Positions 48,609-58,200 of a stretch of 64,000 bases of DNA are shown here, one piece after another. The DNA lies in sequence record DRR723986_9343; one strand, 5' to 3'. The position numbers and the translations under genes are program-made. The notes below the pieces were generated by a model. That model searched no databases. It had not been told where the DNA came from and saw only the letters and a program-made list of their open reading frames with translations. How positions within the stretch are numbered: the first letter of the stretch is position 1; each line of letters opens with the position of its first letter.

Positions 48609-49513
48609 ATGCCACTGGGGATTGATCCGCGAGTTGATTTTGCTTGCAAGCGGATGCTCGGAAGTCCTGAGCATCCAAATGTCACTATCCACTTTCTGAA
48701 TTCGATGTTGCGGCCGAAGGTGCCCGTGGTCGATGTCGAAATTCTTAACCCTTTGGTCGGCAAAGATCGGTCGGAGGACAAGATTGTGGTTTTAGATGTT
48801 TTGGCCCAGGACCAGGAAGGCAGGCGTTTCAATGTTGAGATGCAGACGCGTTTGCCGTTGTCGTTCCCCAGTCGTCTTCTCTACTACAATTGCCAGAATT
48901 TCGTTCGGCAGATGCAGGAAGGCGATAGCTACGAGCAACTGCGTCCGGCCATCAGTATCTGTCTGATGGATCGAAGGCTGTTCGATTTGTCTGTAAGCGA
49001 TGGCGATTGGTATCTAGCTTTTGTCTTCGCTGTGATCAGAAGCGTGAGTTGATTTTGACCGACGCCATGGAATTTCATCTTTTCGAGCTACCAAACTTTC
49101 AGCCTTCTGGCGATAATATTCGTAGCTTGCCGGCAGACGAAAAGTGGCTATTCCTGTTCACGCGTGCAGCGACGATGGATGCCGCAGAGTTGATCGATGA
49201 ACTACATGAACCTGCGTTCCGTGAAGCGATTGGAGTTCTCCAGATGATTTCTAAGACCCCAGAAGACTTCCAGTACTACGAAGATCGTTTGAAATTCCTG
49301 CGAGATGAGCAAGGGAAGCTAAGGGCTGCCCGGCAGGAGGGGATGCAGTTGGGAGTTGAGCAAGGCGAATTGATCGGCAAGGTGCAGTTGCTTGAAGAGC
49401 TGCTTGGAGAGGAGCCGACAGGCCGCGAAACTTTGCAGCATCTCGGAAACGACCAACTGTCTGTGAAGCTCGCTGATCTGCAGCGACGGATCCGCAAACG
49501 TCAAAGCCGGTAG
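48609..49513 (+). pseudogene. Rpn-family recombination-promoting nuclease / PD-(D/E)XK putative transposase, split by a 1-nt frameshift near 49015-49022
   Basis: ORF1: DPRVDFACKRMLG...LDVLA...NVEMQ...RLLYY. ORF2: CLRCDQ...EFHLFELP...KWLFLF...EG repeats. The two overlap out of frame. Confidence 0.8.
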
Positions 49514-49786
49514 TTATCGTTTACGCCGTCTGTGCTCGATGGCTACTTTTGTTATGAAGTTGGAGAAGCACAGAGCCAAGTAGCCTGTGACGACAGTTGT
49601 GGTGCAGGCGATCGTTAAATAGGTGAGGCTCGAGCAAATCCGGTCGGGCGAGAGTATTTTCGTGAAGCCAATCAAGCTGGACACCAAACCAGCGATGATA
49701 AAAATGCCCGCGAAGAGTCGGTTGATGGCGATTGAAACCCGCCCAAAATCCTCGTCTCTTGCCGCTCGTTTCGCATTGCGGGACAT
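49514..49786 (-). CDS. Small two-TM membrane protein (90 aa)
   Basis: GGAGG RBS upstream of ATG 49786 (MSRNAKR); two hydrophobic segments. Confidence 0.5.
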   Translation of the reverse strand: MSRNAKRAARDEDFGRVSIAINRLFAGIFIIAGLVSSLIGFTKILSPDRICSSLTYLTIACTTTVVTGYLALCFSNFITKVAIEHRRRKR

Positions 49787-49971
49787 TCTCTGAATACCTC
49801 CATTCTGTGGGTAGTTTATCCCGGTAAGCAGTTTCGCGTATGCCGCTGGTGTCTCGCATCGTGGGACCAGCGCCCACGCATATAAGGCGGAAACGGGCCG
49901 CGGCTTGGGCGGTCGATCTGTAGCCTGGTTGCGGATGCCGGTTCCAAGGACTAATTTTTCGCGATGGCTGG

Positions 49972-50018
49972 TTGCATAACTAATCAACCTCTTATATTCT
50001 TGATGAGACTGAATCTCA
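49972..50018 (+). promoter_or_regulatory. Sigma70-like promoter (TTGCAT-N17-TATTCT) followed by Fur-like 7-1-7 palindrome TGAGACTGAATCTCA
   Basis: -35 at 49972, -10 at 49995, palindrome 50004-50018. Confidence 0.5.
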
Positions 50019-50121
50019 GTTGCAATAACCAAGCCAGCCAACAGGCAGAATGCCATTCTGCTCGCCAGCCAGGGAACGCGACGCTTTTTTGAGCATCCAT
50101 TTCTTTAGCTGGGGATCCATT

Positions 50122-51051
50122 ATGGGTACGCAATACCGCCGTCTAGAACGAAGAGCGGCTTTCACGCTGGTCGAACTGCTTGTCGTCATCGCCATCATCG
50201 GAATTCTGGTTGGGCTCCTTCTGCCCGCCGTTCAGGTTGCTCGTGAAGCTGCCAGGCGAATGCAGTGTCAGAACAACCTCAAGCAGATTGGGCTGGCAGT
50301 TCACAATTATCACGATGTGCACCGACAGTTTCCGTGGGTGAACGCCAATAGTGCTCTTAGTGGCGGGAGCTTGTTTACCGCCATCCTGCCATTCGTTGAG
50401 CAGGGAAATGCGTTTCAGCAATACGATTTCAATCGGTCGAACCGAGACCCTGTCAACCAGTTGGTTGTTGGGCAGCAGATTCCCTTTTACGTCTGCCCCT
50501 CCGACCCGCGACCTCGTGCGGTGCCGAGCAGTGATAGTGACGCTGGCCGAGCACCGGGGAATTACGCCGCCAGTATTGGTACCCGAGACTACAACCAGTA
50601 CTGGAGCTTTATGCGAGCGCCGCGTCCGACGCTTGATGGCATGATCGTCTATTCGGACTCTACTGACGGGCGGACACGATTTGCATCCGTCACCGACGGT
50701 ACTTCCAACACGTTCCTTGTCGGCGAAACCGCATATAATCTACCGGACTACGTGTTCAGCAGCGGTGACTCGCAAGGGGAATCGCGTTACTCGTTCACCT
50801 ACTGGTGCAATCCGTTTCCAGGTTCAACAGCGTGCACAACTCAGTACGCTTTTAATCCTCGGGACATCGGTGGAGATGGAGTATTTGATCCGTCGTGGGT
50901 TCGTTCGTTTCGTAGTAGTCATGTGGGAGGTGTGCAATTTGTCTACGGCGACGGTTCTGTCCACTTTATCCCAGAGAGTATAGACGTTGAGACCCTAGAT
51001 CGACTGTCTTCACGCAACGACGGAGGAGTGGTCAATGGTCTGGACTTGTAA
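50122..51051 (+). CDS. DUF1559 prepilin-type N-terminal cleavage/methylation protein
   Basis: AFTLVELLVVIAIIGILVGLLLPAVQ.AREAARRMQC.NNLKQ, DGTSNT, SSHVGG...DGSV. Confidence 0.93.
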   Translation: MGTQYRRLERRAAFTLVELLVVIAIIGILVGLLLPAVQVAREAARRMQCQNNLKQIGLAVHNYHDVHRQFPWVNANSALSGGSLFTAILPFVEQGNAFQQYDFNRSNRDPVNQLVVGQQIPFYVCPSDPRPRAVPSSDSDAGRAPGNYAASIGTRDYNQYWSFMRAPRPTLDGMIVYSDSTDGRTRFASVTDGTSNTFLVGETAYNLPDYVFSSGDSQGESRYSFTYWCNPFPGSTACTTQYAFNPRDIGGDGVFDPSWVRSFRSSHVGGVQFVYGDGSVHFIPESIDVETLDRLSSRNDGGVVNGLDL

Positions 51052-51493
51052 TGCCAAGCTCCTGTTGGGCCTGCTCGTTATTGTTGCATTAACGGCCGGC
51101 TGTGGGCCGCAGGAGTCGTTTGAGCGGGCGGCTGTTAACGGTAAAGTAGAGCTGGATGGGAAACCGCTGGCACAAGGAGTTGTGCGTTTTGTGCCCGCCG
51201 GTGGAACGCAGGGACCAAAAACGTCGGTTCCGGTGCTCGACGGTGTATTCGAAGCGGACACGAAGTATGGGCCGCCTCTGGGGAGCCACCGAGTTGAAAT
51301 TGAATCAACCGATCGTGGTGGCCTGGAGATGGATGACGAAGACGCTATCCAGAAGCTTGCTAAGAGCGGAAAGCGGCGGATTCGCGTAGTACGAGTTCCG
51401 ACGTGGTACAACCGATCTAGCATGTTGCGAGCCGACGTGCATGAGGGGGAGAACAAATTCGATTTTCAGCTATCTTCAAAACGGAAACGCTAG
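51035..51493 (+). CDS. Lipoprotein partner of DUF1559 (carboxypeptidase-regulatory-like fold)
   Basis: Lipobox TAGC; VNGKVELDGKPL, VPTWYN..S.L, GENKFDFQL; overlaps the DUF1559 gene. Confidence 0.8.
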   Translation: MVWTCNAKLLLGLLVIVALTAGCGPQESFERAAVNGKVELDGKPLAQGVVRFVPAGGTQGPKTSVPVLDGVFEADTKYGPPLGSHRVEIESTDRGGLEMDDEDAIQKLAKSGKRRIRVVRVPTWYNRSSMLRADVHEGENKFDFQLSSKRKR

Positions 51494-51579
51494 TTGTTTG
51501 GATGCCGCGTCCGCATCGTCACGCGACACAATTCAATTTTTGAGTAGATACATTTCATTTGAGATAAACAGGTGATGAT

Positions 51580-53211
51580 ATGAAACGCATACTGCTATCG
51601 TTATGCGCTATGGCAACTTTCTGGACCAACGCCTCAACTTCTGCGATGGCGCATTTTCCTTGGTTGGTGACAAACTCTGACGGAAAAGCGGCACTTTTCT
51701 TCGGTGAGGGATTGAATGATCGAGGGTACTCGATGCCCGAATCCATCAAAGAGGCAAAAATCCTGTCGGGCGATATGAACGAGCCGCGTGCTCTTTCGAG
51801 TGCGGTAGTTGATTCCGACGACTTTGTTGGTTTGGTTTCCAAGAAGGCGGTTGAGGGCGATCTTCGTGTTTGGACTGATGTAACTTATGGTGTCTATCAC
51901 GGCAATCGGCTCAACTATTGTGCGGCCCATGTTCACGGAAAATTGCCCACGAAGGCGGAACTGAGCAAGGGGCAAACTGCATCGAGCAAAGGACTGCACG
52001 CGAGTCTCATCGCAGAAGGGGATGACGTCTCAGTCTTGGTCACATGGAACGGCAAGCCACTTTCGGATGTCGAAGTGAAGCTGTTCTGCAGCGAAGGCCA
52101 CGAAGAAGGCAATGAAACTACCGACCAAAGCGGAATGGTTACCTTCGGCTCGGCTGAGGTTGAGGAAGGTCTGAACGGCATCATGTTTGGGCATACGATC
52201 GACGGTGAGAGTGGTCAGATCGATGGCGAAGATTACAAGTCGACGATGTACTACTACACCATGACCTTTAACCGTGACGAGGAACCGAAGCAAGTGAATC
52301 GAGAATTTGCAGAGCTGCCATTCGAGATCACGAGTTTTGGTGCGGCTTGCATCGACGGAACCGCATACGTTTATGGCGGCCACACGGGGAATGCACACTC
52401 TTACTCGACCGAAGAGCAATCCAACAAGTTGCTGTCGTTGGACCTGACTGATCCCAACGCAGAATGGAACGTGGAGGCCACCGGGACTCGGCTGCAGGGA
52501 CTTGCAATGGTTCCCCATGGTAAGAATGTGATTTTGATTGGAGGATTCTCTGCCAAGAATGACCCCGGCGAAGATCATGATCTCCATTCACAAGCTGAAG
52601 TTCGGCAGTTCAACCCTGAGACGAAGAAGTGGGCGGACCTGCCTTCTCTACCTAAAGGGCGTTCGAGCCACGACGCAGCGATCATCGGAGACACGATTTA
52701 TGTTGTTGGCGGATGGACCATGGCTGGTGAAGAAGACACTGTTTGGCATGACAGTGCGTTGAGTCTCGACTTGTCGGAGAAAGATGCCAAGTGGAAGGAG
52801 TTGCCGGCGCCTCCGTTCACCACTCGAGCCCTTGCGACAGTCGCCCACGAAGGCAAATTGTTTGTCATTGGCGGGATGAATCAAAAAGGTGGCCCAACAC
52901 GAAGCGTTCACATCTATGATCCTTCCGAACAGGAGTGGATGGCTGGTCCTGAGCTCGTTGGTGAAGGAAACATGGCGGGCTTCGGTGCGGCCGGATGGAG
53001 CATTGGTGGCGAATTGATCGTTTCAACTTACGAAGGCGCCGTTCTGCAACTCAAGGATGACAACAGCGGTTGGTCAAATCTTGGCAAGTCTGAAACGAGT
53101 CGCTTTTTCCACCGGCTACTCCCCTACTCCGATATGCTGATTTCCGTTGGTGGAGCCAACATGGAAGAGGGCAAGTATCTCGAGTTGGAAGTATTGAAGA
53201 CGACCAACTGA
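51580..53211 (+). CDS. Exported protein: DUF4198-like N-terminal domain plus kelch beta-propeller
   Basis: Signal ..AMA|HFPWL; WNGKPL...TTDQSGMVTF; kelch repeats YVYGGH, ILIGGF, YVVGGW, FVIGGM. Confidence 0.78.
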   Translation: MKRILLSLCAMATFWTNASTSAMAHFPWLVTNSDGKAALFFGEGLNDRGYSMPESIKEAKILSGDMNEPRALSSAVVDSDDFVGLVSKKAVEGDLRVWTDVTYGVYHGNRLNYCAAHVHGKLPTKAELSKGQTASSKGLHASLIAEGDDVSVLVTWNGKPLSDVEVKLFCSEGHEEGNETTDQSGMVTFGSAEVEEGLNGIMFGHTIDGESGQIDGEDYKSTMYYYTMTFNRDEEPKQVNREFAELPFEITSFGAACIDGTAYVYGGHTGNAHSYSTEEQSNKLLSLDLTDPNAEWNVEATGTRLQGLAMVPHGKNVILIGGFSAKNDPGEDHDLHSQAEVRQFNPETKKWADLPSLPKGRSSHDAAIIGDTIYVVGGWTMAGEEDTVWHDSALSLDLSEKDAKWKELPAPPFTTRALATVAHEGKLFVIGGMNQKGGPTRSVHIYDPSEQEWMAGPELVGEGNMAGFGAAGWSIGGELIVSTYEGAVLQLKDDNSGWSNLGKSETSRFFHRLLPYSDMLISVGGANMEEGKYLELEVLKTTN

Positions 53212-53397
53212 TGCGTTGCTTGTGATCGGCAACGTTTCTCCCATCATTTCTTGAGACGCGCTCGCAGGTTCTTACCCGAGCGCCTTACGGGCCAAGCCAG
53301 ACGCTCGAACTGGATTTCTCTTCCGGTGCGAGCGGGAATTGCAGTCGTCTGCACTTCTTCTGAGAAGTTGCTCTACTTCCTTTAGTTCACCAAGTCC

Positions 53398-53429
53398 ACC
53401 GGCTGAATCAGCGACCGGCTGAGTCAGCG
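53398..53429. repeat. Tandem 16-nt repeat with palindromic core GCTGA(A/G)TCAGC
   Basis: ACCGGCTGAATCAGCG ACCGGCTGAGTCAGCG. Confidence 0.75.
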
Positions 53430-53677
53430 GCTTTGTGACCAGCAACTCGCTACTTTCAGGCTGTTTGCTAGCTCTCGCAGACAGGGTGTTAAACCTTGCG
53501 GGTTGGGCTGACTTTTTTGATTGCGGTATTTTTTCGGATTCCAGTGGATTTTAGGATTGGAGTCTGACGATACCTTTCACATCCCCAGGTATGGATAGGC
53601 TGGGAAAACTTTGCGGGCTCGGCTAAGCGTTTTTGCTAGCAGCCCAGAGAGCCCGTTTTGCTACGGAAGGCGTTAAA

Positions 53678-55129
53678 GTGACAAATAGAGTTGCCATCAT
53701 CACCGTCATACTAACGTTGCTGTTGCCAGCAATTGCGGATGCACAGGGGCAGCGCGGCGAACGCACATCTGCTCGACGACCTGGTCCTCGGACTGGTGTC
53801 CCCAGTCGCTGGGAAGACGGTCCTCGCGAACGCAAGGTTGTTCAGGCCAGTCACATAGCTTCGGCACCCGACGTCATTGACGAAGGCGTCTACTACGACG
53901 ACGGTCATATGTCGGCGGGTTGCAGCTCTTGCGGCGGAGACGGCTGCAGCAGTTGCAGTACAGGAAGCTGTGGGCTTGGCGATTGTGGCTCTTGCCAAAC
54001 ATGCAACGCCCCAAGTCGCTTCTGCATATGCTTCCCATCACACGGTTGGGTGCACGCCGAGTACTTGAACTGGACACCCTCTGGCATGCGATTGCCAGCA
54101 TTGGTGACAACCAGTCCTGCGGGTACGGCACGAACAGCGGCCGGTATTCTTCCCGACGCTTCTGTGCTCTACGGCGGTAGCAACGACTTCCAGGATGACG
54201 ATCGAAACGGTTTTCGAATTCGTTTCGGCTGGTGGTTGGCTGGAATGCCGGGATGGGGAATTGAAGGTGAATACGTTGGGCTAGAAGACAACGTTGAACA
54301 CTACTACTCAGGAATGTCGTCGGGCTCGCCAATCTTGGCACGACCATTCTTCAATGTGTTGTCCGGAGCAAACGACTCAGAATTGATCGCTTTCCCTGGA
54401 GTTGTGACGGGCGACATCGCTGTAACGACAACGTCCCAGTTTGATGGAGCTGCAATTCGACTGCGAAAGCAACTGTTCGGAAAGAGCGGATGTGGATACT
54501 CGCAGTGGGCTTGCCAGACTGTTCCAACTAGCAGCCGATGGGATCTGTCCCTCGGGTATCGATTCTGGGAGTTGGACGAATCGCTAGCAACACGTGAGAC
54601 ACTACAGTCGCAGACCAGTGCAAATGACAGCTTTGTCATCGACGACCACTTCAGCACTCGCAATCAATTCAATGGTGCGGAGCTAGGAGTACTTTGGCAA
54701 GGTCGGCGTGGCTGGTGGTCGCTTGACGCCCTGATGCGACTTGGCATTGGTAACGTGCATCAAACTGCAACGATTCGCGGCAACTCGTTGATTACCGAAA
54801 ACGGTACAACAACGCCCTACGAAACTGGCTTCTTGGCTCAGCGTAGTAACATCGGAACATACGATCGGGACGAATTTACTATCATCCCTGAGCTTGGCCT
54901 GACGCTTGGCTATCAAATGACCAAGAGAATTCGGGTCACCGCAGGATACTCGCTGATTTACATCGGCAATGTCATTCGCCCAGGCGATCAAGTCGACCTA
55001 GACGTTAATCCCAACCTACTGGCACCTGAGCTTAACCCGTTTAGTGGTGCACTCCGACCTCAGTTTCCGTTCCAAGAAACCGATTATTGGGTACAAGGTC
55101 TGAGCTTTGGTGGTGAGTTCCGCTGGTAA
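53678..55129 (+). CDS. BBP7-family outer-membrane beta-barrel protein
   Basis: Signal peptide, Cys-rich linker, LPALVTT, ILARPFFN, STRNQFNG, VIRPGDQVD, C-terminal EFRW. Confidence 0.82.
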   Translation: MTNRVAIITVILTLLLPAIADAQGQRGERTSARRPGPRTGVPSRWEDGPRERKVVQASHIASAPDVIDEGVYYDDGHMSAGCSSCGGDGCSSCSTGSCGLGDCGSCQTCNAPSRFCICFPSHGWVHAEYLNWTPSGMRLPALVTTSPAGTARTAAGILPDASVLYGGSNDFQDDDRNGFRIRFGWWLAGMPGWGIEGEYVGLEDNVEHYYSGMSSGSPILARPFFNVLSGANDSELIAFPGVVTGDIAVTTTSQFDGAAIRLRKQLFGKSGCGYSQWACQTVPTSSRWDLSLGYRFWELDESLATRETLQSQTSANDSFVIDDHFSTRNQFNGAELGVLWQGRRGWWSLDALMRLGIGNVHQTATIRGNSLITENGTTTPYETGFLAQRSNIGTYDRDEFTIIPELGLTLGYQMTKRIRVTAGYSLIYIGNVIRPGDQVDLDVNPNLLAPELNPFSGALRPQFPFQETDYWVQGLSFGGEFRW

Positions 55130-55170
55130 GATAGCGGTTCTACGCAGGAAATTCTGTCTTCGAACGACGA

Positions 55171-55211
55171 AGCCTGACCTCTCCGCCTCCAGGATGGGTC
55201 GGGCTTTTTTT
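55171..55211 (+). terminator. Intrinsic terminator-like hairpin plus U-tract
   Basis: AGCCTGACC/GGTCGGGCT stem followed by a T-run. Confidence 0.65.
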
Positions 55212-55251
55212 GTTTGATGAACAAATGTGTTCCAAGGAAGGAGCATCGCAG

Positions 55252-58200
55252 ATGTCTAATTTTTTCACGCGATTGTTTACTGGCAACAAGAACCAAGCTC
55301 GCTCCCGCCGCGACCTCAAGAAGGCTCGGAGCCGTAAGTTGCGTGTGGAATCTATGGAGGCCAGACGTTTGCTAGCCGGTGATATCGGCGCTATCGCAGG
55401 TAATGTCTTCACTGACCTTACCGACAACGGGCTCGATGCCAGCGATACTGCCATCGTTGGAACAAACGTTCATCTTTACCGTGACGGCGGCAACGGCACG
55501 TTCGAAAGTGGAGCAGGTGCAGCGGGCGGCGATGATACCCTGATCGCCACTTTGGCAAGTGATGCGTCCGGCGACTATCGCTTCGATGACCTGGTGGCTG
55601 GCACCTACTTCGTTGAACAGGCTGCTGTTTCGGGGCGGCTTCAAAGAACGGCCGAGACAGTCAAGACGGTCGATATCACCGAGACGGAGGCATCCGGAAC
55701 TCAGACATCTAGCCTTGACTCGTTCAACGATGCTGTTGCTCAGTCACTGACGGCTAATTCGGGAACACCGACCGTCAACGATGCCCGCGACACAGTTGAA
55801 GCACTCGGTGGCGAGCGTGATGTTGTCGTCAACTACGGCAGCGGTCTTGGAAACGTTAGCGTGCTTGTCGACGCCGGCCTGATGAGTGTCAACACGGATG
55901 CCGGTACCGCTGGTTCCGCTATCGTGTCGTACGATGGTGATGACAACGATGCAACAACACTCAATAGCATCTCCCCGGCACTAGACTTTACCGCGGGCGG
56001 TGGCACGGCGTTGAGCTTCCTTGCCGGTTCAACACCTGATGGTGATTCCGATCCAAACACGAGCGACGTGTCGATCACAATCGACGTCTTCTCCGGTGCA
56101 AATCATTCATCACTGACGACCATCGTTCCTGAATCCGCAGGTGGAACAGCAACCAATAACCTGACACTTGAATTTACCGATTTTGCAGCCGTGACGCCTA
56201 CTGCGGCGGATTTCTCAAGCGTTTCCGCATTCCAGGTGACGATTAATAACAACGCGGGTGCTGACGCGCAGTTCGACTTTTCGCGGATCGTTGCTCCGAC
56301 CGTGGACACTCAGAACTTCCCAAATCTGATTCCGATGTCTATTGGTAACCTGATTTTCTCGGATAACAACAACAACGGTACCCGAGATGTGACTGAGTCA
56401 GGCATCAGTGGTGTTGATGTTCAGTTGTTCGCAGATTCCAACTCAAACAACGCGTTCGACTCTGGCACAGACACGTTAGTTTCCAGTACGACCAGCGATG
56501 GGGGCGGTGGCTACCAGTTCGACAATTTGTTCCCCGGTGACTATATCGTGGTTGTTCCAATCGCAGAATTTGGAACGGGGCAGCCACTGGCCAACTTCCA
56601 GACTAGTACCGACCCTGCGCCGGATCCTGATATCACGGTATTGGACGATGACGACAATGGTGCGTTGATCGCCGGCGTCGGTGTTGCGACCGCTGCCGTT
56701 ACGCTTGCCTCTGGCTCTGAGCCCACCACCGACGGTGATGCGAACACGAATACAGACCTTAGTGTCGATTTAGGTTTCGTACCGACTGTTGACGTCGCGG
56801 TAAACAAAGTTGCCAGCGCGGCCTCATTCAACGCTGGTGAGCAAGTTACCTACACATTGACGGTTTCGAACCCAGGTAGCACAACCGCCAATAACGTGGT
56901 CGTTACTGACAACCTGCCCGACGATTTTACGATCGTATCCGCAACCGCAACCGGTGGTGGAACAGTCGTGCAAACCGGCAATGCGGCTGGTGAAGTTACG
57001 GTGACGTACGCGAGTCTATCGGCAACGGACAGTGAGACGATCACAATCGTGGCTGCGATTCCTGCCACTCAAGCGGCTGCGACCGGAGTCGTAAATGCGT
57101 CGACGGTTACGAGCAACGAAGTTGACTCAGATACATCGAACAACAGCAGCGACGCAAACATTAACATCACCCGCAATGCAGTATTGACGATTTCGAAGAC
57201 GGATGCACCGGATCCGGTCGCGGTTGGTGCTGCACTTCAGTATCAAATCCTGGTGACCAACACTGGACCATCTACGGCAACCAATGTTGCGATCGCTGAT
57301 ACGCTGCCCGCCGGTTTGACGTTCGTAAACGTTTCAACGACTGCCGGTACCGCTGTTGAAAACGCTGGAGTCATCACTGGAAGCGTACCAGTGTTAGCCG
57401 TTGGAGGTTCGGTCACGATCACCGTCGACACGACGATCAACGCTGCATTCGGCGGGACGACACTGACCAATACTGCAACTGCTCAGGCGGACGAAGCGAC
57501 GCAGGTGTCATCTCAGGCTGATACGACCGTCAATCCACAGCTTGACTTGGCAATCACGAAGAGTGACGACGTTGATCCGGCGATCCGCGGTGGCCAAGTT
57601 GTCTACACGATGACGGTTACCAATAACGGTCCTAGTGACGCAACAAACGTTGAAGTCGAAGATGTTCTTCCGGCAGGTTTAACTTTCGTCTCGGCCACGG
57701 GTGGAACTGTCACAGCGCCAACTGGTGGCAACCAGACGGTAATCGTGAACGTCGGCAATCTTGCCTCAGGTGCGAACACTGACGTTACCATCACAGCAAG
57801 TGTTGACCAGGCTGCTGCCGCGAACCTGACAAACAACGTTCTCGTGCGTTCGGCAGAGTCAACCAACGGTTTCGACACCGACACAACGAACAACACCGCC
57901 AGCGAGACGACTGCGGTACAGTCCAATATCGATCTGCAGATCACCAAAACGGATTCAGTCGACCCCGTGATTGCGGGCAACGACTTTGTTTATACGCTTA
58001 CCGTTTCCAACGCGGGCACAAGTGACGCGACGGGAGTTGTTGTCACAGACAATCTGCCCGATGGTATCCGGATCACAGGAACGAGCACGACTGCAGGTTC
58101 TGTCTCGTTGCCCACGACGGCTCAGGATTCCATTGGTGCAAACCCTGACGACATGACGGTCAATATCGGCAACTTGGCGGCTGGCGCTTCCGCGACCATT

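Noticed and set aside
49787-50056. N-terminal half of the 180-aa minus ORF
   Set aside because: A strong GGAGG RBS precedes the internal ATG 49786; the upstream part looks like promoter DNA
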